Assembly: GCA_030141605.1 (NCBI GenBank)
Contig: JAQGDQ010001285.1
Coordinates: 1-49,714 of the forward strand
Source: Tubiluchus corallicola
Taxonomy: Eukaryota > Animalia > Priapulida
Reading direction: 5' to 3'
DNA: 49,714 nt
The number at the start of each line of letters is the position of its first letter. Position 1 is the stretch's first letter. The position numbers were made by a program, and so were the translations under genes. Below are positions 12,480-25,512 of the stretch, piece by piece. Under the pieces are notes generated by a model, which saw only the letters and a list, made by a program, of their open reading frames with translations, was not told the DNA's origin and searched no databases.

Positions 12480-12855
12480 GCTTCATCATGGCTTTTAGCT
12501 CTTTCTTGCAGAAAATCACTTTTTATTGTCTGTCGCCACAGAAACGTTGTTTGACGATCAAGCCACTAAGTACCACAGCAGAAATAAATACCATCAGCAA
12601 ACAATTACCGTGTCTCATCACGGTCGCCGGAGCTAATGAAAATGAGACGATTAATTAAGTTATTACCGAGCTTTTTGCTCAAACTTGGTAATCATGTTGA
12701 AAATAACATTAACGCCCCGTCATTTCATTACGTTGAAAGCACTTAGCATAGATCTGCGTTCGGAACCCGCCTGGAACAAAGCTCTCAGCAAGTTTGTTTG
12801 AATTGCTAATCACGGAGCTTACTCTAAAGCTGCGTTCACATGACTAGGTCATGAC

Positions 12856-14557
<1,702 letters not shown>

Positions 14558-15035
14558 GTCCGTGACTGCTCTAATAGCTGGGTTCTAGTCCGGGGGTGCT
14601 GCAGTACCACACTACCTATACTGGAGCCGCCACTGGTCCGTGACTGCTCTAATAGCTGGGTTCTAGTCCGGCACGTTTGCTCGTCCTTCTCTTGGGCTGG
14701 CCTGTAATGGATCATAGACTTCGTGGTTTCCTGTCCAACCTAATGGCGGTATTATGTGTTCGTGCTTAAAGCTCTAACTCTCTCGTTGCTTGTTGACTTG
14801 GGCAGCTTGACTGACTCTGGACTATTAAACAGGAATGCATAAGATTATACAGGGCGTTCCAGAAGAAACAGTCAGTTTCAGAAGAAACACATTGAATAAA
14901 ATCAACTTATACGGCAGGAAAATTCGACTTATACAATATAATATTATTGCTATAGTATTATTTTATTATTATAGTATATAGTACAATATATTATTATACA
15001 ATATAATTTTTTTATTACACGCACTTAAAAACATT

Positions 15036-16370
15036 TATAGTAAAAACACCACAACTTTATTAAAACTTTTAATTTACATAGTTAAAAATCATGTCAAAAG
15101 TTTCGACTGAGCTACTGCTGTCATTATCAGTAGTGAATTTTTACAAACGTACAACCAGTTTATATGGGCAGGAGCCTATAGTATAGAACACTATGCACTA
15201 AATATGTATTTAACGGAAGCCAAATGAGTAAGCAGGCCAGTAAAGAAATTGATACAGTAAATTATGCACTAATTATGTATTTACAAAAAGCCAAATAGGT
15301 AATGAATAAGCAGACCAGTAGAAAAGAAATTGATACAGTAAATTATGCACTAATTATGTATTTACAAAAGCCAAATAGGTAATGAATAAGCAGACCAGTA
15401 GAAAAGAAATTGATACAGTAAATTATGCACTAATTATGTATTTACAAAAAGCCAAATAGGTAATGATTAAGCAGACCAGTAGAAAAGAAATTGATACAGT
15501 AAATTATGCACTAATTATGTATTTACAAAAAGCCAAATAGGTAATGAATAAGCAGACCAGTAGAAAAGAAATTGATACAGTAAATTATGCACTAATTATG
15601 TATTTACAAAAAGCCAAATAGGTAATGAATAAGCAGACCAGTAGAAAAGAAATTGATACAGTAAATTATGCACTAATTATGTATTTACAAAAAGCCAAAT
15701 AGGTAATGAATAAGCAGACCAGTAGAAAAGAAATTGATACAGTAAATTATGCACTAATTATGTATTTACAAAAAGCCAAATAGGTAATGAATAAGCAGAC
15801 CAGTAGAAAAGAAATTGATACAGTAAATTATGCACTAATTATGTATTTACAAAAGCCAAATAGGTAATGAATAAGCAGACCAGTAGAAAAGAAATTGATA
15901 CAGTAAATTATGCACTAATTATGTATTTACAAAAAGCCAAATAGGTAATGAATAAGCAGACCTGTAGAAAAGAAATTGATACAGTAAATTATGCACTAAT
16001 TATGTATTTACAAAAAGCCAAATAGGTAATGAATAAACAGACCTGTAGAAAAGAAATTGATACAGTAAATTATGCACTAATTATGTATTTAAAAAAATCG
16101 GATAGGTAATGAATAAGCAGCCATGTAGAAAAGAAATTGATACAGTAAATTATGCACTAATTATGTATTTAAAAAAAATCGGATAGGTAATGAATAAACA
16201 GACCAGTAGGAAAGAAACTGATACAGTAAATTATGCACTTGTTATGTATTTACAAAAAGCCAAATAGGTAGTGGTTTAGGAGACCAGTCAGGTAAGCTAT
16301 ATAAACTGGTTGTATGTATGTAAAAATTTACTACTGGTGATGACAGTAGTAGCCTTTTCGAAACGTTTGA
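15036..16370. mobile_element. Fold-back element copy B (interior inverted relative to copy A) with an expanded internal minisatellite
   Basis: Inverted arms at about 15093-15166 and 16297-16370 carry degenerate hammerhead boxes (CTGATAA..GTCGAAAC on minus, CTGGTGA..TCGAAACGTT on plus); the interior is the reverse complement of 2690-2860. Confidence 0.7.
15245..16270. repeat. 81-bp minisatellite, about 12-13 copies
   Basis: gaaattgatacagtaaattatgcac recurs at 15245, 15326, 15406, 15487 and onward. Confidence 0.95.
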
Positions 16371-16990
16371 TGATAAGTCTTTGCTTACTTTGTGAAGTGT
16401 ATGCTAAGAATGTTCGGATTATTCTTTTAAACTTTACTCAAAGTTAACTAAACTTGTTTCAAACGACCTACGGTCAAAATGGCAATGCCTAGCCGTCATC
16501 GTTGAATATTTTATATTTTGCCTTCCGAATCATCGCAGAATGTTATCACATCGTGGGAGTTTAAATTTTTTACAGGGTTACTGCCAATGCAAGCTCTGCA
16601 TACAATAAGACATGAAACAGTTGATGCATAATTTCAAGGCGATTTTTTATCTTTGTATAAGTAAAGGATTTTCTAGTACTTTGACATAGTAATCTTTCTT
16701 TTTTTGACGTAAAATGTTTCTTTCGAGACATCAGTCTCTTCATAGGATACTGAAAACCGGAAGGCAAAAAATTAAATTAAATTAATTTCAACAACTTATA
16801 GTTTAAATCCATCTTAGTGATGATTCATTCATATTTCTAAACTTTGTGACAAGTTTTGTATCAAAATTTAAAAAAAAGCTGAATTCAAATTTCAAATTCA
16901 ATCCATTTGGTATTCAAATGTGCGTTCATTCTTCTAGAATAATCTGCTTATTATGGTTCTTTTATATTTCCGCCAAATCAGGCTTCGTTA

Positions 16991-17465
16991 AAGGAAAATC
17001 GGATGATTGTGTAAACACGAGTTCAGAATAAAGAATGCTGTAAAATATTGAAAACTACAAAAGCTTTTTTTAAATCAAAGCTTAGATTAAATAATAATTA
17101 CCTCGGATACCCAAACTTTGTTAAACTTTCAAAGCTACGCGCGGTTAGTGAATCTACTAAGATTGGCAACGGCGCCTTTTTGTCACATTCGCATGGCCGA
17201 CAAATAGAAGGCGGTACCGTGATAACAATGATCATGAACAGCAGTGTTAGTTTATGACATCATATGATGTACAGCCCATTTGCGTTTAAGCAGTAGCACT
17301 TATGCAAACGTGCATGACGCACAAGGGAAGATGCCTGCCATTGCACAAACTGTGGTTAGTTTCTGACTTAAGCAATAGCTGTGTTTGGATGCCGTTAATT
17401 AACTTTCTAAGCCAATTATTCAAATATAAGAAACAATTGCTAACATTTATAGGCAAAGAAATGTA
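16991..17465 (+). repeat. Dispersed repeat of about 475 bp, copy 2
   Basis: Matches 4668-5143. Confidence 0.9.
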
Positions 17466-17825
17466 TATTTTGGACAGTAAATTTAAATGAGATTGAGTCT
17501 GATCAGTCATCCGGTTTTCCTTTAATTCCTGTCTTTTCCTTTCTTCCAACTTAATCCATGGTTTCTCTGACAGCACGAGTTTAATGTGCAATTAGTTCAG
17601 TTCACAGATTGCTGGGTATTGAATTAACTCGGCAGCAGAAATGAAGTGACACCAGACTATAAAGAGTTGAATTTTCATTCCTTCATTTGACCAAACATTA
17701 GTCATGTTACAAATTACAGCACGGGGAGTTTTCGTCAAGGAAGTCGTCATTTGTTAACCCTTTGAGAACGTCGCAAAGTTTCGTAGGACCCAATCTGTAG
17801 GCTCAATATGAGTGTTTTAGCTAGC

Positions 17826-18050
17826 ATGTCGAGAACAAGACTAAAATCAGTTCGGCACAATGTCGAGAACAAGACTAAAATCAGCACAACGCTTTCGGCA
17901 CAATGTCGAGAACAAGACTAAAATCAGCACAACGTTTTCGGCACAATGTCGAGAACAAGACTAAAATCAGCACAACGCTTTCGGCACAATGTGGAGAACA
18001 AGACTAAAATCACCACAATGCTTTCGGCACAATGTCGAGAACAAGACTAA
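17826..18050. repeat. 43-bp minisatellite, about 5 copies
   Basis: atgtcgagaacaagactaaaatcag or a close variant at 17826, 17860, 17903, 17946, 17989 and 18032. Confidence 0.95.
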
Positions 18051-18249
18051 AGTCTGTTATCATATTGAAAACTTGAATTTTAATTTAGTTTCATTTGTTT
18101 GTTTTCTGGAGAGGCGTTGTGTCAAACTATTCAACATGGCGGCATTACCGTCATTTTTGATCCTCAAACTTGAATTCAGCGATAGCGCTAATAAAAGTGT
18201 TTTATAATTTTTAAAAGATAGCTTTGTGAAGGTAAATTGCGTACTATTT

Positions 18250-18331
18250 AGTTATTATTATCATTATCATTGTCATTGTCTTTGTCATTGTCATTGTCAT
18301 TGTCATTGTCATTGTCATTGTCATTGTCATT

Positions 18332-18366
<35 letters not shown>

Positions 18367-19814
18367 TACCCCATTACCCTTACCCTTACCCTTACCCTTA
18401 CCTTACCCTTATCCTTATCCTTATCCTTATCCTTATCCTTATCCTTATCCTTATCCTTATCATTATCATTATCATTATCCTTACCCTTACCCTTACCCTT
18501 ACCCTTACCCTTACCCTTACCCTTACCCTTACCCTTACCCTTACCCTTACCCTTATCCTTACTCTTACTCTTACCCTTACTCTTACTTACCCTTACCCTT
18601 ACCCTTACCCTTACCCTTACCCTTACCCTTACCCTTACCCTTACCCTTACCCTTACCCTTACCCTTACCCTTACCCTTACCCTTACCCTTACCCTTACCC
18701 TTACCCTTACCCTTACCCTTACCCTTACCCTTACCCTTACCCTTACCCTTACCCTTACCCTTACCCTTACCCTTACCCCTACCCTTACTTGCCTTACTTA
18801 TACTTCACCAGCCTTAGCCTTAGCCTTAGCCTTAGCCTTAGCTTTATTTTAGCTCTTAGTTTTAGTTTTAGTTTTAGCTTTAGCCTTAGTTTTAGTTTTA
18901 TTTTAGTTTTAGTTTTAGTTTTAGCTTAGTTTAGCTTTAGCTTTAGCTTTATTTTAGCCTTAGCCTTAGCTTAGCCTTAGCCTTAGCCTTAGCCTTAGCC
19001 TTAGCCTTAGCCTTAGCCTTAGCCTTAGCCTTAGCCTTAGCCTTAGCCTTACCCTTACCCTTACCCTTACCCTTACCCTTACCCTTACCCTTATCCTTAT
19101 CCTTACCCTTACCCTTACCCTTACCCTTACCCTTATCCTTATCCTTAGCCTTAGCCTTAGCCTTAGCCTTAGCCTTAGCCTTAGCCTTAGCCTTAGCCTT
19201 AGCCTTAGCCTTAGCCTTAGCCTTAGCCTTAGCCTTAGCCTTAGTCTTAGCCTTATCCTTAGCCTTATCCTTATCCTTATCCTTATCCTTATCCTTATCC
19301 TTATTCGTATCCTTATCCTTACCCTTACCCTTATCCTTATCTTTATCCTTATCCTTATCCTTATCCTTATCCTTATCCTTATCCTTATCCGTATCCTTAT
19401 CCTTATCCTTATCCTTATCCTTATCCTTATCCTTATCCTTATCCTTATCCTTATCCTTATCCTTATCCTTATCCTTATCCTTAGCCTTAGCCTTAGCCTT
19501 AGCCTTAGCCTTATCCTTATCCTTATCCTTATCCTTATCCTTATCCTTATCCTTATCCTTATCCTTACCCTTACCCTTACCCTTACCCTTACCCTTACCC
19601 TTACCCTTACCCTTACCCTTACCCTTACCCTTACCCTTACCCTTACCCTTACCCTTACCCTTACTCTTACCCTTACCCTTACCCTTACCCTTACCCTTAT
19701 CCTTATCCTTATTCGTATCCTTATCCTTATCCTTATCCTTATCCTTATCCTTATCCTTATCCTTATCCTCACCATCACCATCACCATCACATTCACCATC
19801 ACCGTCACCTTCAC

Positions 19815-19852
<38 letters not shown>

Positions 19853-20200
19853 CCACCATTGCCATTGCCATTGCCATTGCCATTGCCATTGCCATTGCCA
19901 TTGCCATTGCCATTGCCATTGCCATTGCCATTGCCATTGCCATTGCCATTGCCATTGCCATTACCATTACCATTACCATTACCATTACCATTACCATTAC
20001 CATTACCATTACCATTACCATTACCATTACCATTACCATTACCATTACCATTACCATTATCATTATCATTATCATTATCATTATCATTATCATTATCATT
20101 ATCATTATCATTATCATTATCATTATCAATATCATTATCATTATCATTATCATTATCATTATCATTACCATTACCATTATCATTATTATTATCATTATTA
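18250..20200. repeat. Compound hexanucleotide array (CATTGT, CATCGT, CCTTAC, CCTTAT, CCTTAG, TTTTAG, CATTGC, CATTAC, CATTAT)
   Basis: Read directly; homogeneous blocks of related 6-mers. Confidence 0.95.
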
Positions 20201-20491
20201 AAACTGGATAAGAACACCTGCAAAATCTCACGAATATCACCATTTTCGGATACAAACCGGATATCCGTTGAAACGCCGCCCTGTTCCTCTAACGCACTTC
20301 TTTATTACCATTTAAATTGTTCTGTTTGTGCTTCTGGGACTAAAAAGGTCTCTCAGCTGGAAAATTAAAATTTTATGTTTGAAAGGATGATGTAGTCAAG
20401 CCTCTTCACAATTATGGTGAATATTATCATGTTCCACATCTTTGACTTTCAAAAGTTGCTCGGATGTCACGTGACCAGAGGCACGGCCAGG

Positions 20492-21894
20492 CAGTGGCGG
20501 CTCGTTGTTAAAATTAGTGGGGTGCTGCTTCAGAAAATTTTTAACCCTTGTCTTTATACTGTGCAAAATTAAACAAATGTATGTAATTTTAATGTTGTGA
20601 TTTGAAATTGTAATTTTAAACAAACAAACTTACGAAAGTTTGTACATAAACTTGATAAAATCCTAAACAGAAAAAATATTTTTGCTCACTAATAGTCTAA
20701 GTTGTCACAGTTCAAGCTTGATCCATTCACGGTGAGCACGTGCCAACTGACAACAAACTGTGTGAGCGACAGTACTTTCTCTACCTGGGCTCAGACATGT
20801 GCGCATAGCCGCATGCGCACAACAACCAGACACAATTTGTTGTTTGAGCTGTGAGCGCACTGTGCTGGGCTGTGAAGCAAACAGTACTAACCTCACGTTT
20901 TCTCTGGTTGCGTAAAAGCATAAAGAAAAAAGACTTATATTGAAAATTATCGATAATATTGAGTGAAAATAGGGGGTGCTGTAGTTCCACAGTACCTGTA
21001 CAGGCCACTGAATGATAAAAGTATTGAATGTTTTCGTGGGGAGAGCGTACCTCTCCAATAAGATACATGTATGTGCCCCTTCCAACCTCCGTATCCTGGG
21101 TATCTATTTCATACTGTATAACTAAATGAGTGTGTAAGCTGAAATTGTAGCAACCTGCTTTTGTAGAATACATACATAAACTGAAAATATTGGAAGAAAT
21201 TAAATGAACATCAGTGAAAAAGAATGTGAGTAAAACAAACTATTCTACGCCTACTTTCAGCGAATTTCAACTTATCTATCTATCTATCCATCCGTCCGTC
21301 CGTCCGTCCGTCCGTCCGTCCGTCCGTCCGTCCGTCCGTCCGTCCGTCCGTCCGTCCGTCCGTCCGTCCATCCATCCATCCATCCATCCATCCATCCATC
21401 CATCCATCCAACCATCTATCCATCTGTCCATCCATCTACCCACCCACCCATCCATCAATCCATCCATCCATCCATCCATCCATCCATCCATCCATCCATC
21501 CATCCATCCATCCATCCATCCATAAAACACATCCATCCAACAATCCATCCATCCATCCATCCATCCATCTATCCACCCATCCATCCATCCATCCATCCAT
21601 CCATCCATCCATCCATCCATCCATCCATCCATCCATCCATCCATCCATCCATCCATCCATCCATACATCCATAAAACCCATCCATCCAACAATCCAACCA
21701 TCCATCCATCCATCCATCCATCCATCCATACATCCATCCATCCATCCATAAAACCCATCCATCCAACAATCCAACCATCCATCCATCCATCCATCCATCC
21801 ACCCATCCATCCATCCATCCATCCATCCACCCATCCATCCATCCATCCATCCATCCATCCATCCATCCATCCATCCATCCATCCATCCATCCAT
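20492..21894. mobile_element. hAT-like MITE copy 2, outer right end missing before the bacterial junction
   Basis: Starts CAGTGGCGGCTC at 20492; 20510-20600 resembles 12873-12965 and 20770-21275 resembles 13218-13742; runs into a (CCGT)/(CCAT) array with no GAGCCGCCACTG end afterwards. Confidence 0.65.
21272..21894. repeat. (CCGT)n-(CCAT)n microsatellite
   Basis: Read directly from the sequence. Confidence 0.95.
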
Positions 21895-21962
21895 GTACTC
21901 ACGCCTGAACGCCTGAACATGTACACATCTTAACACATTATTATTACTAAAAACTTTCTCAT
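21895..21962. other. Eukaryote / Bacteroidota junction zone
   Basis: The last microsatellite ends at 21894; a minus-strand ATG at 21962 gives [10 protein letters not shown] then TAA at 21932-21930; everything to the right is gene-dense bacterial DNA. Confidence 0.8.
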
Positions 21963-22027
21963 ATCCTACTCAGTGTTTGATAAAAAAAACTAAATGTTAT
22001 ATATGACTTTTTGAGGCTTAATAATTT

Positions 22028-23359
22028 TTATGGTACCCAATTATCAATGGTAGAGGTTTGAATCAAAACGCGAAAACCTGCACAATAATCAGATTGTTCT
22101 TTACCATTACTCCACCAGTTAAAAACAATGCCAGGATCATCTAATGGAACATTTGGCGATTGTGACCTAATTCCACCAGAGCCTCCGATGAATATTAATC
22201 TATCATCAGTTGATGGTTGTGTTTCATAAAGAATTTCTGCTGCATTTCCGCACATATCATAAATTCCTAACTCGTTAGGTTTTAATTCTCCCACAGGATG
22301 CAAAGGTGACACCTGAGCAACTTCACTTGCTACATTGCTACCTGCATAATCATAACCTTGACTTAAAGGTCCTCCTTTTGCAGCATACATCCATTCTTCC
22401 CTAGTAGGTAATCGTCCATCCCAAATCATTTCAGAATATGCCATAGCACCATACCACGTCATCCTAACCATAGCGGCAGAGTCTCCATGATTCCCAGACC
22501 ACCTACCTGTTCCTACATCATATACTGACCAGCCACCATGAGCAACTATGAAAATCTTACCATCATAATCACTTCCATCGCCTGAATTATAAATACCATC
22601 AACCCCTACATTTTGTGAGAAAAGGAAATCGCCAAATTGTTTTGATGTAGTCTCATACTTCGCCATATAGAAGTCGTGGTCAGCAGCTCCATCGTTGCCC
22701 ACTACCCGCACAAAAGGAAAGTCTATATTTGGAGAGAGCAAACTGTATTTAGGTGAGTAATATCCCAGTGAACTAAGTGTTTGATAGCTTATAGTGCTTT
22801 CTCCATCAGGCAATCCTCTAACAAGATATTCCGTTGTTGTAGGTGGCAGTTCTACACTCTCATTTTGCCAACTAATAATAATTTTGTCTATAGTTTTATT
22901 AGGGGTATTTACCACGGCATCCCATTTCAATCGAACAATATTGTATCTACTTTCTTCGTTTGTTATGTTCTTCAAGTTGTCTGGCACAAGAGACTCAAAC
23001 TCAAAAGCATCAGTTCTTACTCCTTCCGATTCATTGTTGTTTTTATCTTTGGTTTGTATTTTTATGGTATATGTTCCCGATACTATATTTTCAAATATTA
23101 CACTATCTGTTTTTGCATCTGTCCACTGTTTGCTTACAGGTTTTTGCTCCTCATTCTCTAAAGAAATAAGAACAATTCTAAAGTCTTCATCCGTGGGATT
23201 TTTCCAAGTTACTTTTACATCAATATCTAATTTCTCAATTTTATAATCAGTAACTTCACTGGGTGGAGTTTTGTCTGTTTCTAATTCTAATGCTTTTTCA
23301 CATTGAAACAAGAGAAAACTAAATAACAACAAAATTGTTGATGGCATTTTTCTATTCAT
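22028..23359 (-). CDS. Lipoprotein with FN3-like domains and a C-terminal FGE-sulfatase (SUMF1) domain
   Basis: Likely start MNRKMPSTILLLFSFLLFQC (lipobox Cys); motifs FYMAKYETT, RLPTREEWMYAAKGG, PNELGIYDMCGNAAE and GFRV. Confidence 0.85.
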   Translation of the reverse strand: MNRKMPSTILLLFSFLLFQCEKALELETDKTPPSEVTDYKIEKLDIDVKVTWKNPTDEDFRIVLISLENEEQKPVSKQWTDAKTDSVIFENIVSGTYTIKIQTKDKNNNESEGVRTDAFEFESLVPDNLKNITNEESRYNIVRLKWDAVVNTPNKTIDKIIISWQNESVELPPTTTEYLVRGLPDGESTISYQTLSSLGYYSPKYSLLSPNIDFPFVRVVGNDGAADHDFYMAKYETTSKQFGDFLFSQNVGVDGIYNSGDGSDYDGKIFIVAHGGWSVYDVGTGRWSGNHGDSAAMVRMTWYGAMAYSEMIWDGRLPTREEWMYAAKGGPLSQGYDYAGSNVASEVAQVSPLHPVGELKPNELGIYDMCGNAAEILYETQPSTDDRLIFIGGSGGIRSQSPNVPLDDPGIVFNWWSNGKEQSDYCAGFRVLIQTSTIDNWVP

Positions 23360-23660
23360 ACTAAGAAAATTTCTTTTACATTTAAACAATAATAAAATGA
23401 TATTTAAAATCAGGAAATAAGGTTTCAACAACACAAAGAAACATATAATAATACACTAAAAACAAGTAGTATTTTAACATATAACAATACATTTTTTCTT
23501 TTTTAAGCAAAAAAATCTATAAAAATAATATTAAAATATTAATAAACAAATACTTACAAACGTAAAAACATAAATAATATTATTTTACCATATGATTATA
23601 GTTTTTTTGCAAAAAAATTATATCTTTACAACTAAATATAAATTAATACCGAATATAATT

Positions 23661-24530
23661 ATGATAACAATACGAGAAATAACTCCTTTAAAAGAGAACG
23701 ATTGTTTTATGATTTTCAAAAGAGAAAAATCAAATTTTACATACCCTATTCACTTCCACCCAGAATATGAAATTAACCTAATCCTTGGGGCAAAAGGGGC
23801 AAAAAGAGTAGTAGGAGACCATATAAGCGAAATAAATAATACGGAACTGGTTATGGTTGGAGGAGGAACATTTCACGGGTGGCTACATCATAACTGCAAG
23901 AGTAAAGACCTTGTAGAAGCAACCATTCAATTCAATAGAAATATATTCGGAGAAGAGTATTTGAACAAGAACCAACTGACTCCTGTGAAAAAATTATTAG
24001 AAGAATCCTCCAAAGGTATTAAGTTCTCTTCTGAAACAGCACTTTTCTTAAAAGATAGAATTTTGAATTTGAATGAAAAAAGAGGTTTCGATTCTGTTTT
24101 GGAATTAATGTCAATAATTTACGACCTTTCAATATCCAGACAACAAAAAATTTTAGCAAGCAGTTCATTCGTAGGACAAATATCTACAACCAATAGTCGT
24201 AGAATAGAAAAAGTATACAGATATATACAAAACAACTTTAAGAAGCCTATTAAGTTAAAAGATGCGTCTAACTTAGTAGGAATGACAGAACATTCCTTTG
24301 CACGTTTTTTTAAACAGCGAACAAATAAAACATTTATAGAAAGTTTGAGCGAAATAAGATTAGGTCATGCCACCAAACTTCTGGTAGAAACAACTAAAAG
24401 TGTTTCTGAAATCTGTTATGAATGTGGGTTCAACAACCTATCCAATTTTAACAGAACTTTTAAAGCAAAGAAGAAATATGCACCCAAAGAGTTCAGAAAA
24501 AATTACAATGGAGTTAATGTTATTATATAA
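23661..24530 (+). CDS. AraC-family transcriptional regulator (cupin + HTH)
   Basis: HFHPEYE cupin motif; C-terminal SVSEICYECGFNNLSNFNRTFK; start moved to MITIREIT. Confidence 0.93.
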   Translation: MITIREITPLKENDCFMIFKREKSNFTYPIHFHPEYEINLILGAKGAKRVVGDHISEINNTELVMVGGGTFHGWLHHNCKSKDLVEATIQFNRNIFGEEYLNKNQLTPVKKLLEESSKGIKFSSETALFLKDRILNLNEKRGFDSVLELMSIIYDLSISRQQKILASSSFVGQISTTNSRRIEKVYRYIQNNFKKPIKLKDASNLVGMTEHSFARFFKQRTNKTFIESLSEIRLGHATKLLVETTKSVSEICYECGFNNLSNFNRTFKAKKKYAPKEFRKNYNGVNVII

Positions 24531-24643
24531 CAACTATTATTATTACCTATAATATTTAAAATCATCATTGGAAAAACCCTTATTACATAGCTCTTAAAGT
24601 GCTATGTCGTTCATCAAAATATAATTGCTGTTTTAAATCTTCT

Positions 24644-25423
24644 TTATATCTCTTTTTTACAATGAGGGCAAACCTGTTTTTCTTTTTTGACTCTCTCCAA
24701 AAACCCAAAACTAATAATACCCGTAGGCAAAGCAACTATACCTATACTCAATACAGCAATGATACCACTTATAAACTTACCCAAACCTGTAACAGGTGTT
24801 ACATCGCCGTAACCTATAGTGGTCAAAGTAATAACAGCCCACCAAAGCGTATTCAACACATTAGGAAAAACATCGGGTTGAGCCTCTCGCTCCACGTGAT
24901 ACATCAAAAATGAGGATGATACCAATACAAATACAATAACAAACAATATCGTTCCCAACTCCGACCTTTTTGCTTTTACCACATCCCATATAACTACTAT
25001 AGAACTATTGTATTTGTTCAGCTTTAAAAGCCTAAAAAGTCTTGAAAGTCTCAAAACTTCCAATGATTTTAAATTCATCCCAGTAAAAAGGAACAAATAA
25101 AAAGGAAAAATCGCAAATAAATCTATAAGACCATAAAATGAAAATCCAAACTTTAACGCTGAGTGCAACCTACTTTTCGAAGGATGTGTCAAATCCGAAA
25201 TATACAACCGAAGCAAATACTCAATAGAAAATATTATAGAAGCTATAATCTCAGATACAATAAAAAACCTGACAAGGGCTTCATTCTCACTTCGCATTGT
25301 AAGAATAGCAATAGAGATAACATTGAAGATAATAAGCCCAACAATAGAATAGTCAAAGTATAAATTATACTTAGAACCGTGCGAACCTTTTTCTAATAAC
25401 TTATATATTTTGTCTTTTAACAT
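24644..25423 (-). CDS. 6-TM voltage-gated-type potassium channel (ion transporter family)
   Basis: Selectivity filter TTIGYGD; S4-like LRLSRLFRLLK; C-terminal CPHC. Confidence 0.93.
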   Translation of the reverse strand: MLKDKIYKLLEKGSHGSKYNLYFDYSIVGLIIFNVISIAILTMRSENEALVRFFIVSEIIASIIFSIEYLLRLYISDLTHPSKSRLHSALKFGFSFYGLIDLFAIFPFYLFLFTGMNLKSLEVLRLSRLFRLLKLNKYNSSIVVIWDVVKAKRSELGTILFVIVFVLVSSSFLMYHVEREAQPDVFPNVLNTLWWAVITLTTIGYGDVTPVTGLGKFISGIIAVLSIGIVALPTGIISFGFLERVKKEKQVCPHCKKEI

Positions 25424-25512
25424 TATATAACGTAAATATAAAATTCCCGAAATATTACTATTAATCCAACACTTATATCAAAAGTCAAAATTACATCCCT
25501 TCATTAAAATCT

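Noticed and set aside
17826-18050. CRISPR array (also considered for the 74-bp and 81-bp arrays)
   Set aside because: Head-to-tail units without unique spacers, no cas genes, eukaryotic context
18370-19700. Telomere or interstitial telomeric repeat
   Set aside because: The units are CCCTTA and GCCTTA (TAAGGG, TAAGGC on minus), not CCCTAA or GCCTAA, and they are mixed with unrelated hexamers
20205-20290. Minus-strand peptide STDIRFVSENGDIREIL, resembling a hAT transposase segment
   Set aside because: Short, bounded by a stop and by repeats; could be chance
22028-22300. Diversity-generating retroelement acting on the FGE domain
   Set aside because: No template repeat or reverse transcriptase is visible in the window
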